A stretch of 64,000 nucleotides of DNA from an uncultured Verrucomicrobiae bacterium (GCA_963772365.1 CAVYXA010000003.1:320001-384000); one strand, 5' to 3'. Counted from the stretch's first letter, positions 1 through 10,933 are shown. Numbers and translations: made by a program. The notes: a model not told the origin generated them from the letters alone.

Positions 1-413
<413 letters not shown>

Positions 414-426
414 TTACTGGGTATTT

Positions 427-519
427 TGTCATTCTGAGCGAAGCGAAGAATCTCAAATCATTTCCACATCGATTGTCCGGGAAATCCGATTGAGATGTTT
501 CGCTCAGCTCAACATGACA
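427..519. repeat. REP/MITE-like palindromic element, copy 1
   Basis: TGTCATTCTGAGCGAAGCGAAGAATCTC...GAGATGTTTCGCTCAGCTCAACATGACA; imperfect terminal inverted arms, near-identical arms at 5534-5625. Confidence 0.9.
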
Positions 520-569
520 GAGGCAGGAATGGGTGGTGCTGCGAACAATGCGCTACACCGCGCCGCCCG

Positions 570-1148
570 CTACTTATTTTTATTCAGCAGCTCGCGCACT
601 TCCTCGATCGTCATCGGACGGTTCTTCTGATTCAGCGACTTCTGGCTTTTCCCTTGATCGAGGAATTTGTGCTGCCCGGCAAATTGTTTGCCATCGACCG
701 ACTTTTTCGAATCGCGCGCGGCATCGGGACCGCTCGCCATGCTGGTCGGATACTGTTTGCTTGAGTTTACAATCTGATTTCGAGAACTGGTATTCGCTTT
801 TCGTTTAGCACTCGAAAAGGAGCCCGCGTCGTAATTCGAAGTCGAAAAATCGCGCGTCCCGGCAAATTGTTTCGATACCGGTCTTTGCTGCATATAAAAA
901 GAGCCCAGCGTCGCCTTCTTTTGAACGGACGTCCGGTCAGCCGTAAATTTTTTGTTCTGCGCATCATTCTTCAGTTCCATGTCGGGACGAAGGAGGCGAT
1001 CAACCAGCTTGCGTTCCTGGTCCTGAGAGAACGCCCGCGCGACCAGAAGAAAACAAAGAAGACAAAATGTTACTGCGCAGCGCACGCGATCGAGGCTGAA
1101 GCAATGGGCGCGAAATTGTAAAGAAAATTGTCGATCTAATAATGGCAC
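570..1148 (-). CDS. Hypothetical exported protein (true start probably near 1085)
   Basis: ORF with signal-peptide-like segment (VRCAVTFCLLCFLLVARAFS/QDQE) and C-terminal MTIEEVRELLNKNK; co-oriented with tyrS. Confidence 0.65.
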   Translation of the reverse strand: MPLLDRQFSLQFRAHCFSLDRVRCAVTFCLLCFLLVARAFSQDQERKLVDRLLRPDMELKNDAQNKKFTADRTSVQKKATLGSFYMQQRPVSKQFAGTRDFSTSNYDAGSFSSAKRKANTSSRNQIVNSSKQYPTSMASGPDAARDSKKSVDGKQFAGQHKFLDQGKSQKSLNQKNRPMTIEEVRELLNKNK

Positions 1149-1188
1149 GTTGCCGGGTGGTGCGGAAAATTCTATAACTCACGCGCGC

Positions 1189-1659
1189 ATGAATGAACCA
1201 GTTCCCGATGAATCTCATATGCGTGAAGCGCTGCGGCAGGCGGAGAAGGCGCGCGCGGCAGATGAAGTTCCCGTCGGTGCAGTCGTTGTTCGCGAAGGAA
1301 AGATTATTGCTCGCGCCTACAACCAGGTTGAATTGCTCAAGGACGCTACCGCTCATGCCGAGATGCTCGCCTTAACCCAGGCCGAAGAAGCAGTCGGCGA
1401 TTGGCGTCTAGTTGATTGCGATCTTTACGTCACAAAGGAGCCCTGCGTGATGTGCGCAGGCGCGCTCGTCCACACCCGAATCCGCCGGGTTGTTTTTGGC
1501 TGTGCCGATCCAAGAAGCGGCGGAGGCGGTGGCATTATCAATCTGCTCCAGCATCCGGCATTGAATCATCGCTGCCAGATTACAATGGGCGTATTGCAGG
1601 ATGAATGCGCGTCGATACTACAGGAATTTTTTCGCAACAAGCGCCTCGGGGATTTGTAG
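1189..1659 (+). CDS. tadA: tRNA adenosine(34) deaminase
   Basis: EVPVGAVVV, ATAHAEM and EPCVMC deaminase motifs. Confidence 0.95.
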   Translation: MNEPVPDESHMREALRQAEKARAADEVPVGAVVVREGKIIARAYNQVELLKDATAHAEMLALTQAEEAVGDWRLVDCDLYVTKEPCVMCAGALVHTRIRRVVFGCADPRSGGGGGIINLLQHPALNHRCQITMGVLQDECASILQEFFRNKRLGDL

Positions 1660-1718
1660 GGGAAGGTGACACCTTCCCCAGCACGCAGACAGACATGAAA
1701 CTGTCAGTTTCCCCTACA
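1655..1718. repeat. GTAG-type REP doublet overlapping the tadA stop
   Basis: TGTAGGGGAAGGTGACACCTTCCC...GAAACTGTCAGTTTCCCCTACA; terminal inverted GTAGGGG/CCCCTAC with internal hairpins. Confidence 0.8.
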
Positions 1719-1775
1719 GCGAATGCTCCCGCGAGTTGCAGGCGTTTTGGTTTTCAGCGATTAATCTGCTTCACT

Positions 1776-1846
1776 TGCCTCGTGGTGTAACGGTAGCACC
1801 GGAGATTCTGGATCTCCTTGTCTAGGTTCGAATCCTAGCGAGGCAG
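1776..1846 (+). tRNA. tRNA-Gln (anticodon CTG), CCA not encoded
   Basis: Acceptor TGCCTCG/CGAGGCA, D-arm GGTGTAACGGTAGCACC, anticodon arm GGAGA-TTCTGGA-TCTCC, T-arm CTAGG-TTCGAAT-CCTAG. Confidence 0.95.
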
Positions 1847-1893
1847 ATAATTCTTCAAGCAAATTTTTCTGGGACTGAGTCAACTCGTTTTGA

Positions 1894-2871
1894 TCAGGAT
1901 GATAAAGCGGGCAAGACGATCTCATCGCCTTCGCGCGCGCCGATGATTTCCAACGTCGATTTGGAATTGGCTGCCAACGCCTGCGCTTGTTTCACCATTT
2001 CGTCTAGCATGGCATCATGGTGATTAGGATCATGATGGAATAGCACCAGCTTCTTGACTTGAGCATCACTACCCAGCCCTACTGCAGTTCCGATTGAACC
2101 ATGACCCCAGCCGACGTGCGACCGATATTCCTCGTCCGTGTACTGAACGTCGAGAATCAAAACGTCGCAGCGAGTCAAAAACTCGATCAACTCGGCTCGT
2201 CCCTTCTGCGCTCTTTCCTGCAGTTGCTGGGGACTGACCGAATCGGCTTTTACCGAGTGAAGTTTTAAGGCCTGGTACGGTTCGGTATCCGGCAGATAAG
2301 CAATTGCGCCGGCGCTGGTGTCCAGGCGATAACCCGCACAAACTCCCGGATGATTCATGAATCGCGAACGGACATGCACGTCGCCAATATCAAACTCCAT
2401 TTTTGGTGGTTTTCGGATGACGATCTTGCCGGGCAGATCAGAGAGTTCCACAGGAAAAAAAGGTATGGCCATTTGGCCTTTGAGGGTTTCCCGAAGGCCG
2501 GCATCCGTTCCGTCGTAGCCAAAGACCTGTATTTCACTCTTCTCGTTGTAAGCTGGACCGAAGAACGGGAACCCTTGAATGTGATCCCAATGCACATGGC
2601 TTATCAGCAAGCTGATCTTGATTGGCCGCGAACCAAACTCCTTTTCTAACGAATTCCCTAGCTCGCGGATGCCCGTCCCCGCATCGAGCACGATAATCTC
2701 GCCGTCGGCCCGGATTTCCACACAACTTGTGTTGCCGCCGTAACGCACCGTGCTTGGGCCGGGCACGGGAATCGATCCGCGAACACCCCAAAATTTTATA
2801 CGCGTAACCGACTCAGACGAAGCTGCCATGGACAAGAGAGCGATTTTGGCACGCAATTTTTGCGAAACCAA
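1894..2871 (-). CDS. MBL-fold metallo-hydrolase (phosphodiesterase-like; start may be ~2829)
   Basis: FWGVRGSIP, GGNTSC, LDAGTG, SHVHWDH (HxHxDH), WGH and LFHHDP motifs. Confidence 0.9.
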   Translation of the reverse strand: MVSQKLRAKIALLSMAASSESVTRIKFWGVRGSIPVPGPSTVRYGGNTSCVEIRADGEIIVLDAGTGIRELGNSLEKEFGSRPIKISLLISHVHWDHIQGFPFFGPAYNEKSEIQVFGYDGTDAGLRETLKGQMAIPFFPVELSDLPGKIVIRKPPKMEFDIGDVHVRSRFMNHPGVCAGYRLDTSAGAIAYLPDTEPYQALKLHSVKADSVSPQQLQERAQKGRAELIEFLTRCDVLILDVQYTDEEYRSHVGWGHGSIGTAVGLGSDAQVKKLVLFHHDPNHHDAMLDEMVKQAQALAANSKSTLEIIGAREGDEIVLPALSS

Positions 2872-2895
2872 GAATTTTCACGATGGATGATTCCG

Positions 2896-3282
2896 CTATA
2901 ACAAACTCGGCCCGAAGGGGGCCGGCCCTTTTTTCCAGCGCAGTTCCGGATCCAGATTGATTTCTTCCGCAGGAATCTCGAAACCCACCGATCGCAGTAA
3001 ATAGGATACTCCTTCCCGGCTTTCCATTGTTTCTTTCAAACTCCGCGCAAACAATTCGATATATTCCTTGTACGAATCCAAGGCTAGTTTTCCATCGGCG
3101 AAATGTTCGGCGAGCACTTCGTCATGATAATCGATCAAATCAACGAGGGCCCGTCGCAGGTCCAAACGAACCTTCGGATCAATTACAACTTTAAACGGCG
3201 TGGCCGCCGGGTCGGCTTTGGCGAGCGGGCCTCGTTTTGCCTGGTGCTGCGCGCTCGCTGTGATTTGGAAATCGTGGTCCAT
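2896..3282 (-). CDS. Hypothetical protein
   Basis: 128-aa ORF co-oriented between hppA and the MBL gene; no recognised motif. Confidence 0.6.
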   Translation of the reverse strand: MDHDFQITASAQHQAKRGPLAKADPAATPFKVVIDPKVRLDLRRALVDLIDYHDEVLAEHFADGKLALDSYKEYIELFARSLKETMESREGVSYLLRSVGFEIPAEEINLDPELRWKKGPAPFGPSLL

Positions 3283-3347
3283 CTTATGGCCACTGTCGAT
3301 CCTACCAGTTCCGAAGCGCTTGGCGAGCTTTAGAATCAGGATATTGG

Positions 3348-5426
3348 TTAAAAGAAAATCGGGATGATGAGGATCGCCAAGATATTCACCACCTTGATCA
3401 TCGGATTAATCGCCGGTCCCGCAGTATCCTTGTAGGGGTCGCCGACGGTGTCGCCCGTGACCGCCGCCTGATGGGCAAATGAGCCTTTGCCGCCGAGATT
3501 TCCTTCTTCGATGAACTTTTTCGCGTTATCCCAAGCGCCGCCACCGCTGGTCATCGCGATCGCGACAAATAATCCCGTTACAATGGTCCCGACCAACAGA
3601 CCGCCAAGAACCACCGGTCCGAGCGGTGGGATCATTGCTACCGCCACCACGAATGCGACAGGCAAAAGCGCTGGCACAATCATCTCCCGAAGCGCCGCTT
3701 TTGTCACAATATCGACGCAAGTCCCGTAGTCTGGCGTGTCTTGTCCTGTCAGAATTCCTGGCTTCGCCTGCAATTGACGTCGCACTTCGCGCACGACTGC
3801 CCCGGCCGCTTTCCCGACGGCGTCCATGCTGAACGCGGTAAAAATAAACGGAAGTAAGCCACCCAAAAAGAGGCCGATGATTACCTTTGGTTCGGTGAGA
3901 GAAAAGTGGAATGTGAACGGCGCCCCATTGCGTGTGACGTGTGCCTTCAACTCCTCGACATACGAGCCAAACAACACCAGCGCGGCCAATCCCGCCGAAG
4001 CGATGGCATAACCTTTGGTCACCGCTTTCATCGTATTGCCCACAGCATCGAGCTGATCGGTCACGTTGCGGACTTCCTTTGGCAGATTGCTCATGACCGC
4101 TACGCCGCCCGCGTTATCGGTGATCGGACCGAATGAATCGAGTGAGATAATGATTCCTGCCATCGACAACATCGACATCACCGCGATCGCGATCCCGTAG
4201 AGCCCGGCGAAATGAAAGCTCAGCAAAATCGCGATACCGATAAACCCCACCGGCAGCGCGGTGGCATGCTGCCCTACTGCCAGACCGGCGATGATGTTGG
4301 TCGCGTGTCCGGTCTCCGAGGCGTGAGCGATTTTCTGCACCGGCCGATAATGCATCGACGTGTAGTAATTCGTAATCACGACCACGACCGCGGTCATCAC
4401 CAAGCCAATAATTGACGCCAGATAAAGTTGCGTAGGCGACCGCAGCGTTCCGCTGATCGTAACGCCGGCAGGGAAAAGCCAGTGTGTTGTCGGCCAGAAA
4501 AGAATCGCTGAAACGACAGCGCTGGTTCCGACTGCGCCCATTAACACCGTTGCTGGTTTCCCTGCCGCGACGCTAACGAACAACACTCCGCAAATTGCCC
4601 CGAGCACTGAAATGCCACCGAGAACAAACGGATAAACGATGGCGGCAGGCACAGCACCGAGTGTGAGCGCGCCTACTAAAATCGCGCCGATCAAACTGAC
4701 GGCATAGGTTTCGAAAACATCCGCGGCCATGCCGGCGCAATCACCCACGTTATCGCCTACGTTGTCAGCAATCGTCGCCGGATTGCGCGGATCGTCCTCT
4801 TCCAGACCCGTTTCGATTTTACCGACGAGATCGGCGCCAACGTCAGCCGCTTTGGTATAAATGCCGCCGCCAAGCCGGGCGAACACGCTGATCAGACTTG
4901 CGCCTAAAGCCAGGCCGACAAGGCTGCGAATCGCCATATCGTGACCAACAATGTTGTTCGCGACAGTATAGAAAATTGCCACCGCCAGCAAAGCCAGCCC
5001 CACAACCAACAAACCGGTCACGGCACCGCCGTTAAATGCGATCCGCAAAGCCGAGATGAGCGATTGCGTTGCAGCTTGCGTTACGCGCACATTCGCGATT
5101 ACGGCGATGCGCATACCAATATAGCCCGCCGCGAGAGAACAAGAGGCGCCGACCACGAAGCCAATAGCCGTCGAGTGGTCCTTGAAGAAAAACAGTAGAA
5201 GGAAAATGATGACAGCGATTGCGCTGATCGTGATGACCTGCCGGTTCAAATATGCTTTGGCGCCTTCCTGAACGGCCGCGGAAATCTGTCGCATCCGTTC
5301 ATTACCAGAGGAGGCTTTCATGACGATGCCAATCAAGAACAGGGCAAAGACCAGCCCGATCCCGGCGCATATCATCGACAATGGCACTCCCCAATCGAGA
5401 AGAAAGTTGGCTGCAAGAAGAGTCAT
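3348..5426 (-). CDS. hppA: Membrane-bound H+-translocating pyrophosphatase, K+-independent type
   Basis: [53 protein letters not shown] has Lys at the GNxx(A/K) position. Confidence 0.95.
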   Translation of the reverse strand: MTLLAANFLLDWGVPLSMICAGIGLVFALFLIGIVMKASSGNERMRQISAAVQEGAKAYLNRQVITISAIAVIIFLLLFFFKDHSTAIGFVVGASCSLAAGYIGMRIAVIANVRVTQAATQSLISALRIAFNGGAVTGLLVVGLALLAVAIFYTVANNIVGHDMAIRSLVGLALGASLISVFARLGGGIYTKAADVGADLVGKIETGLEEDDPRNPATIADNVGDNVGDCAGMAADVFETYAVSLIGAILVGALTLGAVPAAIVYPFVLGGISVLGAICGVLFVSVAAGKPATVLMGAVGTSAVVSAILFWPTTHWLFPAGVTISGTLRSPTQLYLASIIGLVMTAVVVVITNYYTSMHYRPVQKIAHASETGHATNIIAGLAVGQHATALPVGFIGIAILLSFHFAGLYGIAIAVMSMLSMAGIIISLDSFGPITDNAGGVAVMSNLPKEVRNVTDQLDAVGNTMKAVTKGYAIASAGLAALVLFGSYVEELKAHVTRNGAPFTFHFSLTEPKVIIGLFLGGLLPFIFTAFSMDAVGKAAGAVVREVRRQLQAKPGILTGQDTPDYGTCVDIVTKAALREMIVPALLPVAFVVAVAMIPPLGPVVLGGLLVGTIVTGLFVAIAMTSGGGAWDNAKKFIEEGNLGGKGSFAHQAAVTGDTVGDPYKDTAGPAINPMIKVVNILAILIIPIFF

Positions 5427-5493
5427 GGGCGCTCGAATTAAAGCGCACGACTTTATGAAGAATCTGCCCGCTGGCAAAGCCTATCTTTTGAAT

Positions 5494-5533
5494 GTGGAGT
5501 ATTGGAGTGGTGGAGTCTTGGAGGTATGGATAT
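5494..5533. repeat. Degenerate octamer tandem repeat (TGGAGTnn)
   Basis: TGGAGTAT TGGAGTGG TGGAGTCT TGGAGGTA TGGATAT. Confidence 0.75.
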
Positions 5534-5625
5534 TGTCATTCTGAGCGAAGCGAAGAATCTCTGATCATTCCATGGGCGACGCTGGAACAAATGGTTTGAG
5601 ATGTTTCGCTCCGCTCAACATGACA
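5534..5625. repeat. REP/MITE-like palindromic element, copy 2
   Basis: TGTCATTCTGAGCGAAGCGAAGAATCTC...GAGATGTTTCGCTCCGCTCAACATGACA; same arms as 427-519, different spacer. Confidence 0.9.
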
Positions 5626-5641
5626 ACGACCCATCGCTCCA

Positions 5642-7027
5642 ATGCCTTCTGATATCCGCGTGCGATTCGCTCCCTCGCCGACCGGCTTTCTGCACATCGG
5701 CGGCGCTCGGACGGCTTTGTTTAATTGGCTGTTTGCCCGGCATCATGGCGGAAAATTCGTTCTGCGGATCGAAGATACCGATCGCACGCGCAACATTGAA
5801 GAAGGCATGGCTGCGATTTACGAAGGCCTGCGATGGTTGGGACTCGATTGGGATGAAGGACCGCACGTGGGCGGTGATTTTGGGCCGTATTTGCAAGGCG
5901 AACGCACACCGCTTTACGAGCGTTACCTGAAACAACTGCAGGACGCCGGTCATATTTTCGAAGATCAAGGCGCCATGCGGTTTCGTTCGCCGCGCGAGCA
6001 TGTCGTTGTCGATGATCTTGTCTGCGGCAGGATCGATTTCGATCTCAGCAACCCCGATACGCACCCGGACATGACCATTCGCCGCCCCGATGGCTCATGG
6101 ATTTTTCACTTCGTCAACGTGATCGATGATCTCGAAATGAAAATCTCGCACGTGATCCGGGGTGAAGATCATCTCTCAAATACGCCCAAACATATCGAGA
6201 TCATTCGTGCGCTCGGGGCCGAGCCGCCGCACTACGCCCATATCCCGCTCATCCTGAATCCCGGTGGCACTAAGATGAGCAAGCGGGACGAAGGCGCGCG
6301 GGTCGAGTATTACATTCGCCGCGGTTATTTGCCGGAAGCGGTCCGCAATTATCTCTGCCTGCTCGGCTGGTCGCCCAAGGATGATCGAGAAAAGATCGAG
6401 ATCGACGAAGTGATTCGAATCTTTGACCTTAAGAATATCCATCGAAACGCCGCCACGTTCGATCCGGCAAAGTTGCACTGGTTGAATGGCGAATACGCGC
6501 GCGAGCTGAACGACGCCGAATTTCATGATCTGGCGGTGAAAGAGCTGAGCGCCAGCGGAATTAAGATCGACAATTACTCCGCCGATTACGTCCGCGCCGC
6601 GCTCGCGACGTGCAAAGGCAAGATCAATACATTTGATGAGCTGCCAGGATACTGTGGTTTTTACTTCACCGACGATTTCGAATACAACGCCGAAGGCGCG
6701 GCGAAACATTTTACTCCCGAAAAAAAACCACTCCTGCGAGCCGTCCGCGCCGCTTTCGCCAGGATCGATCCGCCAGAGTCCGCCAGTCGGACGGGCTCGT
6801 CCGGTGGCGAGGACGGATTCGCCGTGGCGAACAAGTTCACCGCCGAGGAAATCGAGCGTACGATGAAATCAACTGCTGTTGATCTCGGGGTAAAGGTCGG
6901 CGCAATCGTGCACCCGACACGATTAGCCGTTACCGGCAGCAATGCCGGCCCCAGTCTATATCATCTGCTGGAAGTTCTCGGGAAAGAAAAAGTGCTGGCT
7001 CGAATTGATTGCGCGCTTGTGAAGTGA
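5642..7027 (+). CDS. gltX: Glutamyl-tRNA synthetase
   Basis: RFAPSPTGFLHIGG, LRIEDTD, HVIRGEDH, KMSKR. Confidence 0.97.
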   Translation: MPSDIRVRFAPSPTGFLHIGGARTALFNWLFARHHGGKFVLRIEDTDRTRNIEEGMAAIYEGLRWLGLDWDEGPHVGGDFGPYLQGERTPLYERYLKQLQDAGHIFEDQGAMRFRSPREHVVVDDLVCGRIDFDLSNPDTHPDMTIRRPDGSWIFHFVNVIDDLEMKISHVIRGEDHLSNTPKHIEIIRALGAEPPHYAHIPLILNPGGTKMSKRDEGARVEYYIRRGYLPEAVRNYLCLLGWSPKDDREKIEIDEVIRIFDLKNIHRNAATFDPAKLHWLNGEYARELNDAEFHDLAVKELSASGIKIDNYSADYVRAALATCKGKINTFDELPGYCGFYFTDDFEYNAEGAAKHFTPEKKPLLRAVRAAFARIDPPESASRTGSSGGEDGFAVANKFTAEEIERTMKSTAVDLGVKVGAIVHPTRLAVTGSNAGPSLYHLLEVLGKEKVLARIDCALVK

Positions 7028-7084
7028 AAGACGCGCCTTGGTCAGAAGAACGGTTGCTCACGCTACAGTAGTCTCGTAAAGAGC

Positions 7085-8947
7085 ATGGCCAAACGAACGG
7101 GGCGAAAAAGAAAAACCGGGCGAACTATTGCAGTAAAGCGACACAGCGAGATCCGGCTCAGCCACCGCGCAACATTCCAGCGAGCGGATCTTCTCATCCT
7201 GCTCGGCTTGGCGGTAGCGACGGTTGGGATATATGCGCAAGTGATCGGCCATCAGTTCATCACTCTCGATGACCCGACGTACATCGAACAAAATCCGATG
7301 GTGAATCACGGCGTTAGCGGCGCCGGACTCGCCTGGGCTTTCAGCACCTTTTACGCGACAAACTGGCATCCGCTCACATGGATTTCACACATGATTGATT
7401 GCCAGCTCTTTGGCATGAACGCAGGCGGCCACCTGCTGGTCAACTCGCTGATTCATGCGGCAAACACATTGCTTGTCTTCTTGTTTCTGTTGCGAGCAAC
7501 TCACTCCCGGTGGCCGAGCGCACTTGTCGCCGCGCTTTTCGCGTTGCATCCGTTGCACGTGGAATCGGTTGCCTGGGCATCTGAACGCAAAGATACACTC
7601 TCCGCATTTTTTGGATTGCTCTCCCTGTTGGCTTATACGCGTTACGCGAAGTCACCTTCAATCAGTCGCTACACATGGGTCGTCATAACGCTCGCACTGG
7701 GCCTACTGGCTAAGCCGATGTTGGTGACGTGGCCGTTCGTACTATTGTTGCTCGATTACTGGCCGTTGCGCAGACCGGCACCTGTACCGAAGCTGGTCGT
7801 TGAAAAAATCCCGCTATTCGCCATCGCGGCGGCGTCGGCGATCATCACATTCATCGCACAATCTCATGGCGGGGCTGTGCGCACATTCAGGGATATTCCG
7901 ATTGCGCTGCGGCTTGCAAACGCGGTTGTGTCGTATGCGAAATACTTGCAGCTCAGCTTCTGGCCAAATGATCTGGCAATCTACTATCCGTTCGCAGCGG
8001 CAGGCATACTCGCCTGGCAGATTATTGGCGCGGTGTTCTTGCTGATCGGAGTTACCGCGTTTTGCTTTTCGCATCGGAAAATGCAGCCATATCTCATCGT
8101 GGGGTGGCTTTGGTTTCTCGGAACATTGGTTCCCGTCGTAGGAATTATTCAGGTAGGAGGGCAAACCATGGCGGACCGCTATTTTTACATTCCGTCGATT
8201 GGTTTATTCATTGCAGTGGTGTTCGGATTAGCCGACCTCGCCCGGAGTTGGCGTGTTACGCCATTGCTTAGCGCAGCAATAGCGAGCGGTGTTCTGTTGA
8301 TTCTGGCCACTCTTACAAACGCGCAGATTCATTACTGGCGTGACAGCTTCACTTTGTTTGAGCACACGCTCGCAGTCACTCCACCTAATCTCCACATTGA
8401 ACACAATCTCGGTCTGGCCATGGGCGGTAGTGGCAAATACGATGAGGCTGCAGCGCATTTCGAGAAGGCGTTGCAGATCGATCCCAATTTTTACGATGGC
8501 CTGGTGGGAATGGGCGTCACTCGTGGACTTCAGGGTCGGTTCCCGGAAGCCATCGAGTATTTCCATGCCGCAATCCGTTCAAAGCCGGACGCTCCCGCGG
8601 CCTACACAGAGCTTGCTCACGTACGTTGGAAGCAGAACCGCGATCAAGATGCGTTCGAGGAGCTGCAACGCGCGTCACAGTTGGCGCCCAAAGACGCAGA
8701 CATTCAGGCTGATTTCGGACTTGCGCTGGAGTTGGTGGGCAAAATGCCAGAGGCTATTGAGCAACTTCAAGAAGCGCTCCGGCTTAATCCGAACAATGCG
8801 GAGGCTCATGGCAATTTGGCGATGGCTCTGCTCTCCTCTGGCAAAGCGCGGGAAAGCATTGCCGAATTTGAGGCAGCCCTCCGTCTCAAGCCCGATTTGA
8901 AAGGCGCTGCGGATAATCTCCGCCGCGCCCGGGCGCAACCGAAGTGA
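7085..8947 (+). CDS. TMTC-like membrane glycosyltransferase domain plus C-terminal TPRs
   Basis: FITLDDPTY, WHPLTW, HPLHVESVAW, ADRYFY motifs; multiple TM segments then TPR repeats. Confidence 0.85.
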   Translation: MAKRTGRKRKTGRTIAVKRHSEIRLSHRATFQRADLLILLGLAVATVGIYAQVIGHQFITLDDPTYIEQNPMVNHGVSGAGLAWAFSTFYATNWHPLTWISHMIDCQLFGMNAGGHLLVNSLIHAANTLLVFLFLLRATHSRWPSALVAALFALHPLHVESVAWASERKDTLSAFFGLLSLLAYTRYAKSPSISRYTWVVITLALGLLAKPMLVTWPFVLLLLDYWPLRRPAPVPKLVVEKIPLFAIAAASAIITFIAQSHGGAVRTFRDIPIALRLANAVVSYAKYLQLSFWPNDLAIYYPFAAAGILAWQIIGAVFLLIGVTAFCFSHRKMQPYLIVGWLWFLGTLVPVVGIIQVGGQTMADRYFYIPSIGLFIAVVFGLADLARSWRVTPLLSAAIASGVLLILATLTNAQIHYWRDSFTLFEHTLAVTPPNLHIEHNLGLAMGGSGKYDEAAAHFEKALQIDPNFYDGLVGMGVTRGLQGRFPEAIEYFHAAIRSKPDAPAAYTELAHVRWKQNRDQDAFEELQRASQLAPKDADIQADFGLALELVGKMPEAIEQLQEALRLNPNNAEAHGNLAMALLSSGKARESIAEFEAALRLKPDLKGAADNLRRARAQPK

Positions 8948-8991
8948 CGATCGAAAGGCTTTGGCCTGATTGAACGAGCTCTGAAGACTTT

Positions 8992-10713
8992 CTAACGCGC
9001 TGTCTTTTTCGCTTCTTTCGCCCACGCGTCTTTCAGCGTAATCGTGCGATTCCAGATTTGTCGATTGTCCGTGGAATCAGGATCGAGAGCGAAATAGCCG
9101 AGGCGCTCGAATTGGTAGCGTTCTTCAGCGCGCGCATTCGCGAGGGCCGGCTCGCATTTGGCGGTGACCACTTCCAACGAGTCCGGATTGATGAACGACT
9201 TGAAATCGCGCGGTGACCCTGTCACGCCGGAGCCTTCGGCGGAGGCGGAATCTGGCTCGGGGACGCTGAACAATCGATCGTACAATCGAACCTCTCCATC
9301 GATCGCATGCGCGGCGCTGACCCAGTGGATCGTGCCTTTGACTTTGCGGTTTGATGTCGCGCCGCCGGATTTACTCTCAAGATCGACAGCGCATCGCAGC
9401 TCCGTCACATTGCCTGCGCTGTCTTTCACGACTTCATCGCACTTGATGATGTAAGCATATTTCAATCGCACTTCGCCTCCCGCCCTCAATCGAAAAAATT
9501 TCGGCGGTGGTGATTCCATGAAATCATCGCGATCGATGTAAAGCTCGCGACTGAACGGAAGTTTGCGAACTCCTGCATTCGGATCTTCGGGATTATTGAT
9601 CGCATCCAGCTCTTCGGTTTTTCCTTCTGGATAATTTGTCAGCACAATTTTAATCGGCCGCAGTACGACGAGCCTTCGCGTAGCCGTGCGATTGAATTCA
9701 TCTCGCATCGTGTGCTCAAGCACGGCCATGTCGGTCATGCTCGGGTATTTTGTAATGCCAATGTTGTAAGCGAATGTGCGCAACGCGCTCGCGGTCACGC
9801 CGCGCCGGCGCAGACCAGAGATGGTGAGCATGCGCGGATCGTCCCAGCCGTTCACGAGCTCTTCATTCACGAGCTGTATCAGCTTACGTTTGCTCATCAC
9901 CGAATAAGTGAGGTTGAGCCTGGCGAACTCGTATTGATGCGGGCGCGGCTCGGTGATTTCGAGCGCGTCGAGAATCCAATCGTAAAGCGGACGATGCACT
10001 TCAAACTCGAGTGTGCAGACTGAGTGCGTGATTCCCTCGATATAATCGCTGAGCGTGTGCGCCCAATCGTACATTGGGTAAATGCACCATTTATCACCGG
10101 TCCGATGGTGGGACGCGTGGCGGATTCGATACAGCACCGGATCGCGCAGCCACATGTTCGGCGCCTGCATGTCGATTTTCGCTCGCAGTGTCTTGGCGCC
10201 GTCGGGGAATTCGCCCGATTTCATGCGCGAAAAAAGATCGAGAGTTTCTTCAATCGGACGATTCCGAAACGGGCTTTCTTTGCCGATACGTCGGTATTCA
10301 TCCGTTTGCTCGGGCGTCATTTCGTCCACGTAAGCTTTGCCTTTGCGGATAAGATCGACAGCGTAATGGTAAAACTTGTCGAAGTAATCCGACGCATAGA
10401 AGGGCGAGCCGCCGACGGTTTTGTCAGCCCAGCCATCAATCAGCCAATGGACGTCAGCCATAATGGATTGGACATACGCGGTTTCCTCCTTCGTCGGATT
10501 CGTGTCGTCCATTCGGATGTTGTAAATCCCGCCGAACTCGCGGGCGATGCCGAAATTGAGGCAGATCGATTTTGCGTGCCCAATGTGCAGATAGCCGTTC
10601 GGCTCCGGCGGAAACCGGGTCACGATCTGTTTGTATTTCCCCGTGCGAATGTCCTCCGCGACGACGTCGCGAATAAAATCCGAAGGAGCGGCTGTCTCGG
10701 TGGATTCCGTCAT
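8992..10713 (-). CDS. glnS: Glutaminyl-tRNA synthetase
   Basis: TRFPPEPNGYLHIGHAKSICLNF, WCIYPMYD, MSKRKL, FERLGYF. Confidence 0.97.
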   Translation of the reverse strand: MTESTETAAPSDFIRDVVAEDIRTGKYKQIVTRFPPEPNGYLHIGHAKSICLNFGIAREFGGIYNIRMDDTNPTKEETAYVQSIMADVHWLIDGWADKTVGGSPFYASDYFDKFYHYAVDLIRKGKAYVDEMTPEQTDEYRRIGKESPFRNRPIEETLDLFSRMKSGEFPDGAKTLRAKIDMQAPNMWLRDPVLYRIRHASHHRTGDKWCIYPMYDWAHTLSDYIEGITHSVCTLEFEVHRPLYDWILDALEITEPRPHQYEFARLNLTYSVMSKRKLIQLVNEELVNGWDDPRMLTISGLRRRGVTASALRTFAYNIGITKYPSMTDMAVLEHTMRDEFNRTATRRLVVLRPIKIVLTNYPEGKTEELDAINNPEDPNAGVRKLPFSRELYIDRDDFMESPPPKFFRLRAGGEVRLKYAYIIKCDEVVKDSAGNVTELRCAVDLESKSGGATSNRKVKGTIHWVSAAHAIDGEVRLYDRLFSVPEPDSASAEGSGVTGSPRDFKSFINPDSLEVVTAKCEPALANARAEERYQFERLGYFALDPDSTDNRQIWNRTITLKDAWAKEAKKTAR

Positions 10714-10774
10714 CGTAATCGTGCGACAGTAGCAGACGAACCATTAGATCGACAACTCGCGTCGGAAGGATTGG

Positions 10775-10914
10775 GTAGCGCGTGCGTCTCGCGTGCTGGC
10801 GAAGCCGTCCTCGGGTTCGCGAACTTTTCTACAATTTTCGAGGAAGAACACAGTGCAAGGGAGAAGTCCGTTTCGGCGTGACGCCGAAACCAGGAGGCGA
10901 GACGCGTGTGCTAC
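10775..10914. repeat. Compound GTAG-type REP-like element
   Basis: GTAGCGCGTGCGTCTCGCGTGCTGG...CCAGGAGGCGAGACGCGTGTGCTAC outer arms; inner hairpin GTTTCGGCG-TGA-CGCCGAAAC. Confidence 0.8.
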
Positions 10915-10933
10915 AGGATGCCCGCTCGTTTAT

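Noticed and set aside
427..519. T-box riboswitch upstream of tyrS or gltX
   Set aside because: No T-box consensus or specifier loop is recognisable; the element is short and symmetric, and its orientation differs between the two genes
1776..1846. tRNA-Gln as an island integration site
   Set aside because: No integrase and no duplicated tRNA 3' end were seen; the flanking genes are housekeeping
10024..10881. Long antisense ORFs (also 22946-23857, 25901-26797, 36424-37119, 51171-51785)
   Set aside because: They are shadows of well-supported genes on the opposite strand and carry no motifs
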